Source of the DNA: Camelus ferus | Taxonomy: Eukaryota | DNA: 64,000 bases | Assembly (NCBI RefSeq): GCF_009834535.1 | Contig: NC_045705.1 | Coordinates: 32,240,001 to 32,304,000, forward strand | Reading direction: 5' to 3' | Shown here: piece by piece, positions 33,182 through 45,354 of the stretch | How positions within the stretch are numbered: the stretch's first letter is position 1 | Layout: each line of letters opens with the position of its first letter | Notes under the pieces: model-generated | The model's database searches: none | The model's input: the letters and a program-made list of their open reading frames with translations, nothing else | Told to the model about the DNA's origin: nothing | Program-made: the position numbers and the translations under genes

Positions 33182-36100
33182 GGACTTTACTACTGAGAAT
33201 AGCCCTAGGGAATCAGAATTGTAAAGATGCATTTTCTAAACGGGCTCTGGCATTTCTGCAATTAATGGTCAGAGATGATTGAGCATTAGTGTCATTTTAA
33301 AACACTGATAACTATTTCCAGTAGTAAAGAAAACAGTGATAGTCTGTGGTGTGGTCCGACAATCAAGACACACAAATAGCACCATGGACACTCTACTAAA
33401 GTGCTGACAGGAGCAAGGGTCTGGGTGGCTATGTGGATGAAGCCTTCACACATTTTTATCTAGCTAACAAGTCTAAGGAGGTTGACTTGTTCCTAATGTC
33501 TTTGGGCAAATTAAGGAAAGAAAAGGAGAAGCTCAGGGATTCAAATTCCAAACTCAAGTGCCACATACATGACTTCAGAGCTTCTGCGCTTGCCTTCATC
33601 TCCTGTAGCTGCAGAGGTGAGATGGCTGGAAGCACAACCCAGCATCTCCTGGCCATGTCGGGGTATCTGCTGTCAGAGTGAGGGCACTGATGGGGAAAAA
33701 GAAAGGATCCTGAAGTCCATCTGAGAAGTCCCTGATGAGGCTAGGGACATCGTCCTGTAAATTCTGAGAAGACAACAAGGCCAAGAGAAGCAGTGCTACC
33801 ACTCTGGTGTCCTTGGAGAGAAGCTGCAAATGATGCAAGTAATGCTGCACTGCCTGAGGGAAGTGTTATGGTCTCTTCTGAGGCAGGCACTGTGCAGCTC
33901 CGTGCTGACTCTTATCCGCTCCCACCCCAGCCACAGGCCCTTAGAGGTGAGATCCACATGGAGTGGCTCATGAAGTGTGACCCATGTGGAGGAAGACTAC
34001 ACTCCAAAAGAAAGAACTGAGTACTCTACACAGTTAGTAATATGGAGAACATGTGTGGATCTTAAAGGTGGGGGATAATGGTGGAAGGAATATGATGATA
34101 GATCACGCTGAACTCATTGCTGAGGGCCTACTAAGCAGAGATTCTCATTCCATGTTGAGGATCAGGGAGTTAAAAAAAGACTCTAACATTTTGATTGGTT
34201 AACTTGGCTGAAACATAGAGCAAATGGTGGCCAATGGTGAACAAATTGGTAATGGCCAACCTGCCTTGGTTTAATGTAGGGAAAGTGAGGTAAAGTCTTA
34301 GGGAGATTGGAATGCTAGAGTGGATTTGTCATTTAAGATCTATTCGCTCACACTGGGAGTGTGCAAAAGACACACCTTTTACCAGCATGGCAAGAAATGC
34401 ATTCACGAAGTGAGTCCAAAATTCTTGAAGATATCCAGGATTGGTCTTCTCTCTAGGCCAAGTCTTACCATGGGAACTGTAGACATTGAATTCAGAAATT
34501 CACAAGCAATAATATGAATTGTCCAACTGGCAGAACTCACCTTTCAAAATTAAGGTGATCATAGTTACTGTAATGGGCGGTAGAGTCAGAATAGTCTGAT
34601 TCACACAGACGTACGGAATTGGCTAGTTAATCAGGGTTTTCCTAGATGTGAAAAAGAAAGCTCATCAAATTTTCACTTGATATGTATAAGCAGAAAAGAT
34701 TCAGATCAAGGGAAACAAAGTCTAACTAAAATCATTAAAGTAGAAAGTGATGACTCAGTTCCCAGACTTGAGCCAATTTACAGATCCAGGACCCTTTCAG
34801 TGAGCGGTAGGTTGGGTCCCTTTAAGGAAGGTCAGTATAATACCCAAAATGTGTCATTTTAATCTTTCTCCCAGCCCTCCCCAAAGGGACTTATGGACTT
34901 TTACCAGTATAACTACAGTGGAGAAAAGAAAAGAATCAGAATTTTCCAGAATTGCTGGACACTGAGACCCAAAACATCACTGTGGCCATCTGGTCAGAGT
35001 GGAGCCTTGCTGATATCAAGTGATGAATAGTGTTTTAGCCCAGATCCATCTCAGAGTGAGTCCAGTGTAGTCCTTGAAAGCATCCTGTGTTTATTTTCCC
35101 AGCTCCAGAATGCAAAATTGCAGTAGATTTATTTATCAGTTGGCATTGATTCCCTGAGCTGTGCAGTGAGGAGTTTCATGGTGGGAAAGTCCAAATAGAA
35201 GCCACGGGAACTGACCATCCCTAGGAAAATGGTGTATCATAAGCCGTACCACATTCCTGGAGGGGTTACAGAGGTGAGTGCCACCTGCAAGAATTTAGAA
35301 TACGCCGGAGTGGTAACTCACCACATTCCCGTTCAGCTCTCCTATTTGACTTGTGCAGAAGGATGTGGAAGAGCACCAGTGATTACTGTCAGCTTAACCA
35401 AGTGGCGACGTCAGCTGCAGCTGGTGAACCAGATGACCACATACCCTGGAACCTGGTGTGGAACTACTGATTTTTTTTTTCTTCATGCTTGTCCATAAGG
35501 TCCCCCAGAAACAGTTTCCTTTCCTTCCGCAAGACCAGCAGCACACCTTCACTCTCTCCCCTCAGGGCTGTATAAACTCCCAAGCTCTATGTCGTAATGT
35601 AGTTTGCAGAGCTCTCCATCAGTTTCCCTTCCTAAAAAGGTACCGCTGGTCCATTACACTAACGGCATTATGCTGATTGGCCCAGTGACCAAGAAGTAGC
35701 AACTACTCTAGTTTATCAGTAAAGATTTTCCTAGCACAGAGTAGGAAATAAATCCACAAATCTGACTAAATTTCAGGGACTTTCTATCTCTGGGAAATTT
35801 CTAGTCATCCAGTGATGGGGGAAATGTCAAGATATTTCTTTAAAAGTGAAGAATGAAAACAACTATATGTATGTATATGTGTGACGGAATGATTATGCTG
35901 TACACCAGAAATTGACACATTGTAAACTGACTATACTTCAATTAAAAAAAAAAGTTTTTAAAGTGAAGGATGAGTTGCTGCATCTGGTGTCTCTTACAAC
36001 AAAGAAAGAAGCATGATGCCTAAAAGGCCTTTTTGAATTTTGGAGGCAGCAGATTCCTTATCTGAGTGTGTTCCTATGACCCATTTACCAAAGGACCCCA

Positions 36101-36422
36101 AAAGCTTCTGGGTTTGAGTGGAGCCCAGAGCAAGAGAAGGCCCTGCATCAGATCCAGGCTGCTGAGGAAGCTGCCCTCCACTTGGTCCATACATTCTAGT
36201 GGACCCAGCAGTGCCCAAAGTGTCTGTGACAGAGAGAGATGCTGTTAGAAGCCTCTGGCAAACCCTAAAGGTGATATATAGATCAAGCCTGTAGGATTTT
36301 GGATCAAGGCCCTGTCATCCTCTGCAGATAGATTTTTTTGGGTGAGAACTCTTTGCCTGCCACTGGATCTTAATAGAAACCAAACTCTTAACTGTAAGCC
36401 AGCAAGTTACCATTACGAATCA
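33182..36422 (+). mobile_element. ERVL internal region (decayed gag-pro-pol), 3'-truncated
   Basis: Frame fragments YHIPGGVTEVSATCKNLEYAGVV, QQHTFTLSPQGCINSQALC and LVHYTNGIMLIG are degenerate ERVL RT motifs, with many stops and frameshifts. Confidence 0.9.
35857..35959 (+). mobile_element. ~100-bp L1 3' tail nested in ERVL pol
   Basis: tgctgtacaccagaaattgacacattgtaaactgactatacttcaatt + A10; TSD AAAGTGAAG(A/G)ATGA at 35843-35856 and 35960-35973. Confidence 0.9.
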
Positions 36423-38237
36423 GGTGCTATATGATGAAAATGGTAAAATGTTTGCTTTAAAGACACAGATGTATTTAAATGAAATGAAAATAGAAGTGTA
36501 CTATTTAATCTTTGCCTGTATATTTATCATGTTCCGTGCCTTTTCTTTCTTTCTGAGAACTGCATTTTCCTCTGATATCATGTTACTACTGGTTAAAGGA
36601 TTTGATTGGCATTTCTGGTAAATCAAGTCTGATAGTAATAGATTCTCTTTATTTTCTTCCACTGAAATTTCATGTTTCAATTTCAATCATTTTTTAAAGT
36701 ATTTAAATAGCTTTTTTAAAGTTTAATTGAAGCATAACCAAAAGCCCATATCAGCAGTTTATAATTTGCTACATTTTGCTGTGGCTACATCCACAATCAA
36801 GATAAGGGATTTATCTATCGCACCTTGAATTTTCTCATGCTCCCTTTTTTCATTCCAGTAACACACAGACACAAACCAAATTGAAAATTAATCCCTTTGT
36901 GGTCAGAATATATTCTGCATTTGCTTCAAGTACTGGGACTTGATTTTTAAGTAGTACAACTTTTGATCTATCTTGGCGAATATATTCCTTTAAAAAATGC
37001 GTATGCTATTGTGTGGGATATTGCAGATAAAAACACTTAGGCCATGCATTTTCAGCCACAGTTTCAATATCTGATACTTTTGTGCTTTTCCCTTTGGGTT
37101 ATTACCAGTGATCTTTTAAATTTTGATCTGCAGGACTCAACACAGACTTTTATTTCAAAACAGAGAATTTCACTTTGTGAAAGAAATTTTTAGATATGCA
37201 AGGAATTAACAAACCTACCAGGTGTGGGCATTCCAAAATGACAAATGAAAAGTGCATTCAAATATGGAAGGGGATTGACAGATTTTAAAAAGTCTATGAA
37301 TAACACATGCTTTAAAGAATTAGTAGAGCATATTGAATAATAGTTTCCAAACTCTTAAATTAGCATATTGTAAGTATGTTTAAATTTGGTTTCACATTAT
37401 GTGATTTGTGTATCATCTGTGGCTTCTTTCTTTGAGCTCTCTCATTGTCCAGGAGTCTAGTCTGGGCTTTTTGACATAGTGATAAAAAGATTCACACTGT
37501 TAGAGAGGACAAGTCTTAATGTCTAAGTACTGTTCATGTTGACTAATGTTCCATTCGCCAGAAGTAATAATAGAGCTAAATCAAGTCAGGGTGGGAAGGG
37601 AAGATCAAAAAGCACGTATACAAGGAGAAATGAATTATCGGGGATCATTACCGTTTAGGTGAAACATGGGCTTTTTAATGACTCCATAAATTTGTTATAA
37701 CTATGCACAATGTTCATTAAAATATTTCTCAATATGAGCATTCATTTTTCCTTTTTTTGCTTAGAAAAATAGTGCTGCAATATGCATTATATTACATATT
37801 AATTATTTATGTTAGTCCCTTTTAAACTTATATCTATATACATTTAAGCTTTTATTTCTGTGAGGGAATCACTTAGTAATGTTTCTGTAGCATCTAAGGA
37901 TATTTTGTTTCTTCAATAGAGAATGTTAAAGTAGTGTCTAGAAAGGCACCCAAAAAAAGAGAACAGAATAATTTTAATTATAGTGCAAACTACATATTAC
38001 ATCACGTTGTTTAGTTACACATCTCTATTTACTACTTCACGGTGAGAAGGAAACCTATCTTTAAAAGTACAACACTGTTAGAAATAGAACATAATTACCA
38101 TAAATCTGGGAACAGAATGGTATATTAAAAGGAAATTACACCATTACATTATTAAAAATAAAGAAAAAAATGAAAGGTAGATTTCAATTAAGTCTACATA
38201 CAAATTGAATCCATAAAATAATAATTTCTATGTTATT

Positions 38238-39182
38238 TCAAATGCCTCGTAATGCTGATAATTTGGGAAGAAATTTCCTCATTGCCTTTCTGACATCTTT
38301 GTTCCGCAGACTATATATCATAGGATTGAACAATGGAGTCAAAACGGTGTAGAAAAGAGAGAGCAGTTTGTCTATTCCTACATACTGATCGGATTTAGGT
38401 TTTAAATAGGTGACAGTGCCTGATCCATAGAACAAAACTACCACCGTGATGTGGGAAGAGCACGTGGAAAAGGCTTTGGTCCGCCCTGTGTTTGATGGCA
38501 GCTTCATGATGGTGGAGATAATTCTCATATAGAAACTAAGTATCAACAAAAAGGGAACAGTGACAAGCAACACAGCAAATAGATAGACCACCATCTCATT
38601 CACAAAGATGTCCCCACAGGCCAGCTTCAGTAATGGGGGGATGTCACAGAAGAAGTGACTGATTTGATTAGAACCACAAAAGGACACAGAGAATATCTGC
38701 CATGTTTGTCCTATCTGGACTGGAGCTCCACTGATCCAGGAGGCCACCACCAGCTGGACACAGACCCTGTGGTTCATGACGAGGGGATAGTGCAGAGGGT
38801 TACAAATGGCCACGTAGCGGTCATAGGCCATCACAGCCAGCAGGAAACACTCCGTGGCTCCCAGCATAAGGAAGAAGCACATTTGTGTGGCACAGCTGAA
38901 AAAAGAAATACTTCCTTTCTGGGTCCAAAGGTCCATGAGCATCCTAGGAAGAGTGACAGACACATAACAGATCTCTAGGAAGGAAAGATTGCTGAGGAAA
39001 AAATACATGGGCGTCTGAAGAGCGACATCTGCTCTTGTTACCAGAACTATGATGCCGTTCCCCAGCATGATAGCCAAGTAGATGACTGAGAATACCCCAA
39101 AAAGCAGCCAGTGGAACCTGGGAATGTCAGAGAAGCCCAGGAGGACGAAGTCCATCCTTACAGTGAGATTTGTTTCCGTCAT
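38238..39182 (-). CDS. OR10AG1: Olfactory receptor 10AG1-like, copy B, intact (314 aa)
   Basis: Same motifs as 16420-17355. Only 5 nucleotide differences from copy A at a constant offset of 21827. Confidence 0.93.
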   Translation of the reverse strand: MTETNLTVRMDFVLLGFSDIPRFHWLLFGVFSVIYLAIMLGNGIIVLVTRADVALQTPMYFFLSNLSFLEICYVSVTLPRMLMDLWTQKGSISFFSCATQMCFFLMLGATECFLLAVMAYDRYVAICNPLHYPLVMNHRVCVQLVVASWISGAPVQIGQTWQIFSVSFCGSNQISHFFCDIPPLLKLACGDIFVNEMVVYLFAVLLVTVPFLLILSFYMRIISTIMKLPSNTGRTKAFSTCSSHITVVVLFYGSGTVTYLKPKSDQYVGIDKLLSLFYTVLTPLFNPMIYSLRNKDVRKAMRKFLPKLSALRGI

Positions 39183-40166
39183 TTTCCAATTATTTTCTCT
39201 GTGTGGATTTACATTTCTTTGCTACATTCTCCTCTTTTATAATTGGATTGGGACATGGGCTTTGGTCTTAACATGTTCTTAGTTACTTTCTGACACTTGT
39301 GTTCTGTGATTCTGGCAGATTTGATGTGAAACCAGGAGTTATAAATGCATCTGTAGGGGAAAAAAAAAAGGTTTATAATTGTAGATCTGCATTCTAATTA
39401 TACCAATAAGAATCCTATGCTTAGACATGTTTTTTTTTTAATTATGGTGTGAAAAGGGAGGATGCAGATTAGCTATTTTTTTCGAGTCAAAACCTCAGCT
39501 TAATTATTAGTTGTCTAACAACCATAAATTTTTTTTCCAGTCAGTCCAGTTTGTATATAATATCTGATCTATAACATTTAGCAACATGTTCCTCCAACTA
39601 TTTACATGTCTTTTCTACCTTTGCTATTATATCCAATAATTCATTCTATAAAGAACAGAGCGCAAGGCTCTGCCCTAATATGTTACTACATAGATGCTTC
39701 TGAATTAAATTAAAAATAGAAATTACTGTTAAATTGGTTATTTTCCAAGAAGTGAGAAAGGATGATTAAAACTACAAAAATATAAATGCCAAATCTTTTA
39801 TTTTAAACATCATAATGTGCCAGCAATACTCATCCTAATTTTTTGAATTACAATAGATCTTATTGCTTAAGAGACACAAGTTTTTGGTATTCAGCTATTT
39901 TTAATCCCCCAAATATTAGATATTTAAAAAAATTTAAACCCAAACAAAATGTTCCTAGAGAAAAATAAAATCAATTTTAAAACATTAGCAAATGTAGTGA
40001 TCTTGTGCCAACTCCTTCCCTGTTTGCGGTCTGTTAGACAACATAAACAATAATAGAACACGGGCCCCCAAAGTTGAAACAAATATTCTTTTGCAGGAAA
40101 TTGTATTTTGTATAAAAATAAATGCTTAATATATCCCCCAACAGAAGAATATTCACTAATACAAGT

Positions 40167-40805
40167 TGTTGCAGGTAATTAGGTTCTTGTCTCCTTGCAG
40201 GAAGAATTCAGAGACAGGACGTGGCGGTTAAGAAAGAAAACAGAGGATTTATTAGGGGCTGGATAGTACATTCTCAAGGGGAGAGCGGGGCAGGCTCAGG
40301 TGGGCAGCTGCCTTAGTTTCTTTGGCAAGTTGGTTACATTGAGTGTAAAAATGAATGGGCAGAATATTCATCGGGGAGGGAAGGACTTGTGGTTGTAGTC
40401 CCTGATTTTCATCCCAACTCCACTTTCCTACAGGAAGGAGAAATTTTTGTCCTTATTTAGTCTGGTTTGGAAGTGTCATGGTGTTGGTGCGTGATGGCTA
40501 CTTCTAAACTGCAAGGCTAATTTTATTGAAACGAGGACATAATGAGCAAAAGGTTACATGGGGACACTGGAGATTCCTGCCTTTTCCCACCTTTCTTTGT
40601 CAGCCTCCAGGACACGTGTCACCCCAAAATGTGTGACTGCTTATTAACCCAGAGGTTCCCGCTTTTCTTTGTCTGCCCAGGCACCCCTGTTGTTTACATG
40701 ATGTATGGTTTCTTGTATTTGGCCCACGCCCTTTTTGCCTAATTCCTGAAATTTGGTCTGCATCCCCTTTCTCTGCTCATATCTAGCTATCTACCTGCTC
40801 TAACA
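40167..40805 (-). mobile_element. Solo ERV1-like LTR in the putative 5'-UTR intron of OR10AG copy B
   Basis: TGTT...AACA termini, approximate 4-bp TSD (aagt/aggt), minus-strand AATAAA at 40253-40248. The empty site is seen in unit A near 18290. Confidence 0.85.
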
Positions 40806-41189
40806 AGGTGATTCCTTGTCATAGAAATTATTTTACCTATAATGGCAACATTTAGTTTATTAACAGTATAGCAAAATATGTTTAATTAATTTGAATGAAA
40901 TTATCACTTTTTGACTATAGTTTTCTTAATAGATTATTTCTTAAAATGAATAGATTTTACAATATTATATAGTTAAGAGACAAATTAGAAATTTGTATAC
41001 TTCAAATGCTTCACGCACATAATTTAACTTATAACTTCAGAAAGTCAGAAGCCTACCTTACATAATGCTATCCTAAATAATAAATATCATTTCTACCCAC
41101 ATACACTCATGATTTTAGTTGTTTGATATTATTTATTGACTCTTGATCATGAAATTGGTAACATTATCTTGAATTAAAATAGCATATCA

Positions 41190-41425
41190 ACATATTTACC
41201 TTTTTCAGTTTTGCTGAAGTTGCTTCCTTCTCATTGATAAATGTCTATATTTTAAAATGTTACATTGTTTACAATCCATAGATGTTTAAACAAGAACGTA
41301 ACTTGCTTTTAAAGAGCAAGGCTCCTTACAGAGGAAATAGTCCCTTCCTCCCCCAGGGAATGCCCCTTTTCCCTCTTTACATCTAAATTGCTAGTTAAAC
41401 GCTCTTGTTTGCAATTAATTTGGTG
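41190..41425 (-). promoter_or_regulatory. Putative promoter/first exon of OR10AG copy B
   Basis: O/E site TCCCCCAGGGAA at 41349-41360 and CAATTAATT near 41412. Donor at 41199-41198; acceptor AG at 39352-39351. Confidence 0.55.
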
Positions 41426-42043
41426 TCTCTGCAAACAAATCTTTCATGGTAGGCCAGACTTCCCTGCAGGCTCTCCACAGAATACAATTTCATGCACTCT
41501 CCATTTGTTAAATACTGTCAGAAGACATGGATGTCCTAGAAGAACAAGCACTCTTAATGGTTCAATATTACCTGCAGGAAACTGTTCATATTCTTTATCA
41601 ATTGATTTCTTACTTGTGTTATTTTATTTTCTATAATTCCTCTGAATAGAACTTACAGCAAATCATGCTGTGTTAACATCATCTGGCCATGTTTTACTTG
41701 TTTACTTACCTTTAAGGGGTAATAATTTTAAGAGGCAGACATTTGTTGGTTAAAATTTGTGAACACAAAGGCAATTCTGTATTATAGAAACTAAGATTAC
41801 TTTATTCAAATTATGATTTTCTCAGACACTATGTGAATCCCTGAATAGACTCACTCATCTTATTAATAAACCCTGTAAACAAGAATTAAGAACAACTATT
41901 ATCAATAAAACTTTTTTCTAACTAAAAACTCCTCTTTCTCATTGCAACATTTAGTAATTTAACATTTCTCAGTTTCAACCCTCTTCTGTGCATTTCATGG
42001 GGAGAACACTTCAAGCATGAGTCTAACATCTCCAGTCCCATAC

Positions 42044-42650
42044 TGAGACAGGAAGGAAGGGGGCAGGGCACAGCCATTCAAGGAATGACTCTGCAATTAA
42101 CACCAAAATGGTGGAAGATTCAACTCCCAGTGCCTTGAGGCTCAAGATGGCGAGAGATTTGACTTCTAGTAGACCTTGAGCTTCATTATTCGCTCATTGT
42201 AATATATTAGCATGCTAAATGATATGCCTACAGGCACCATGACAGTTCTAAGGCTAACCATTGAAGGTCTAAAAGTGAGCAGTGGCCCAGTTCCTGGAAT
42301 CCCAGCCCCTTCCCCAAAAGTAATTGGAATAATCCTCCCACTTGTTAGCATAAGAAGCTACTGAGTCCATAAGAACTAACAAACCTTATGGCATTCTCCC
42401 TTCTGAGGGAGACAGACTGCACTCTGTCTATGGAGCGCATATCTACTGAGCACCCAACCCTCACACGTTATGGCCTTTCTCTTGCCTTCTGAAACAGCCT
42501 ACACTCTATTGAGTATGTCTCTCTCTAAATAAATCTACCTTTACTCAACTGTGATTCACTCTTGAATTCTTTCCCGTGCGGAGTCAAGGACCCACACTGG
42601 GCAGGGCACATCCCAGGGACTCAACAGAGACCTGGGACATGGTCATCCTC
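42044..42650 (+). mobile_element. Solo MER41-like ERV1 LTR
   Basis: tgagacaggaagg start, caaaatggtggaagat, AATAAA at 42528-42533, ttctttcccgtgcggagtcaaggaccc end region. Absent from unit A. The 3' boundary is approximate and the family call is from recall. Confidence 0.7.
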
Positions 42651-42779
42651 ACTCCACATTTATTTTCCTCTATCATTACTGCTACTTATATGTATATTCC
42701 CGCTTTCAAGTTTCCTTTCACAGTTCTCTTTGCTTCTAATTTTATTTTTGATAGATACATGCTTTATACTCTACACATA

Positions 42780-44855
42780 ATTTCAGGACCAGCTCCTTAT
42801 AATTTACTGTATATATTTTTTCTTAGTCTTTTTTCTTTCATTTTTTTTCTTCTTCAAAAAAACATTTATTGACAACCTACTACGTGTAAAACATACAGCT
42901 CTTTCATTTCTTTTACTTTCAACCCCATCTTGTCTATATATGTCTATGTATTTAAAGCACTGCTCAATTTGGCAGCATATAGTTGGTTTCTGCCTTTTTT
43001 TCTTCATATTTATCTTGTGCTTGGACTGCTTAGTCCATGCACCTTTAATGCAATTATGATATACTACCATTTTCTATTTGTTTCCATTTTTTCTTTCATT
43101 TGGCTGCCCTGTTTTCTTCTGCTAATTTGGCGGTTAATCAAGTTATTTTATGTCTAGATCTGCCTTTTGATATATACACCACATTTTTATTATCATTTCA
43201 GGGATTGCCTCAGGGCTAATCATTAAAATGTGCATCCTTAACTTATCAGAGATGACATACAGTTAAAATTGTTCCATTTTAATCCCCATCCTTTACGACA
43301 GACGCTTCCACTTTCCATGTCCCCCTTCATCCTTCATGTCTCACATCACCCACTTCACATCTCACTCCAAAAATGTCATAATCTTATAACAGTATAATTT
43401 GATGTTTTTCAAATTTTATTGTGTTACTGATATCACATATTTTGCTCATGTCTATATTATAACCCCGAACTTACTATGCCATTATTTTAGCTTTAAACAG
43501 TTGACTCACTATAATGAATATAGATGAATATACAGGATTTTCTTCTGATTAATTCCCATGAGGTTCACTGAGATATGTATACTGATGTTTTCCAACAAAT
43601 CTGAAAAATTCTCTGCCATCATTATCATTTTCTTGCAGTTGGCCTTCAGTTATGCAAATTTTAGACAATTTGATATCACTCTACTTGTTCTTGAGGAGAT
43701 GGTATTTTTTAAATTATTAAACAAATAATTTTAGGATTGTAATGTTTCCAACAATTTAAATTCAAATGCACTGGTATTTCACTGGACATGTCCAAATGCT
43801 ATCAATCTAATTACATCAAGTATTCATTTCACTTATATTTCCCTTAAATTCCACTTCCCTTCATTTTAACTCTCACCCTAGAATTTTAATGGGGTTCTTT
43901 TCAAAATTTTAATGATCTGTGGGAATTATCAGTTTACTCAATTTTCTGCAAATTTGGTCATACCCTCTCTCGAGTCCTTGGCCATGTTTATAAGGGATGG
44001 TTAGAAGTCGCCAATAAACATCACCTGAGACATTTTGCAGTCATTTTCAGTTGATTCATTTTGTCTTGTCTATTTAGTTTTCCTGAGTTTTTCATATCCT
44101 GTAATTTTTACTGTATATTTTAAATTGTCTATGATACACTGTAGAGAATCTAGATTTTCATAAATTCCTATGAAGATTGTTATAGTTTTTTTTTCCCTAT
44201 CAAGCTATCATTATTGGATGATCACTTGTATTTGTAATGTCTAGGTCTTATATTTTGTTAGCGGAAAGTTGTCAAAAGACCAAGACATTTCCCAGATCTA
44301 AAAACTTGGGAAATTTTACATCTGTATCTATCTTCTGTATAAGTGTTGTTGAGACTTAGGTTTGGACTTTTCTACAGTGAATCTTAAGATGACTAAAGAC
44401 CTGACTTTGGGGAACAGGTCTTACTCCAAAGCGCTAGCAGTTCTGTATCTTAAATGCTGCTTGAAATACATTCAGGTGTTAAAAGTTCTGGCTGGGATGC
44501 AACTCCAATGTCTCTAAGCTAAGCTTTATCCCTAGTATCTCCATTTCTCCCCCAACTACACGGCAGTCACTTTCCTGAAAGCCTTCTGTAGCCTCCTCCA
44601 GCCCATCCATATCCCATTGTCTTCCAGAGCCTCCCAGGAACACTTGATTCAGGTCTGTCTGTCCCCAGCACCATCTAGTCCCTCAACCTCCGTGCCCTGT
44701 GACAGATCCTGGGCTCCTGGTTGTCTCGAATGCTGATCGCTGCCTCTTCAGCCCAGCGATACATCTGTGCTCTTCTTTGTTTCCAGTTATCTGCACTTTG
44801 ACCAGGACATTGTCTCAGGCATAGAGCCAGCATATTCATGGGAAGAATGTTGTCC
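42780..44855 (-). mobile_element. Ancient L1M fragment, shared with unit A
   Basis: Homologous to 20400-22460. Confidence 0.6.
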
Positions 44856-45320
44856 ATTTCACCATTTCACATGTCTATACATACATGGCTAATGTATTTC
44901 TCAGTCATTACTTAGTTACTTCATTTTTGTCGTTATCTCTATTACCTCACCTACGTGGACTATTTACCTTTTTGAGGATACAAAATACAGACTACTGTTC
45001 ATATTGCTTTTCCCATTTGTTTGCCTGCTAGGTGTTTTTTCCTTTTTTCTTTTTCTTTTTTTTTTTGATGGAGCCTCAGCCAACTATGGATTGTTTTACA
45101 GCAGTTATAATTTTAAAAGATTATAATTCACATTGGTCTATAAGTACCTGTGTAACATTATCACAAAAGTCTAAAATATTTCCTACTGTCCACTTTAAGT
45201 ATAACCATGCAGACCCCCCCTGCTTGTTGAAGCCTATATCAAGTATTTTAACAGCCTGATGATCTCTGTCCAAAATAACAACACTTATCATCTGAACATT
45301 CTTTGTCATGTAATATTGTG

Positions 45321-45354
45321 TTTGTGCATGTGTTTGTGTGTGTGTGTGTGTGTG
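45321..45354. repeat. (TG)n microsatellite
   Basis: Directly visible. Confidence 0.9.

Noticed and set aside
33433-36248. Functional retroviral genes in the ERVL
   Set aside because: Motifs are degenerate (HYTNG in place of HYIDD) with many stops and frameshifts; no long ORF.
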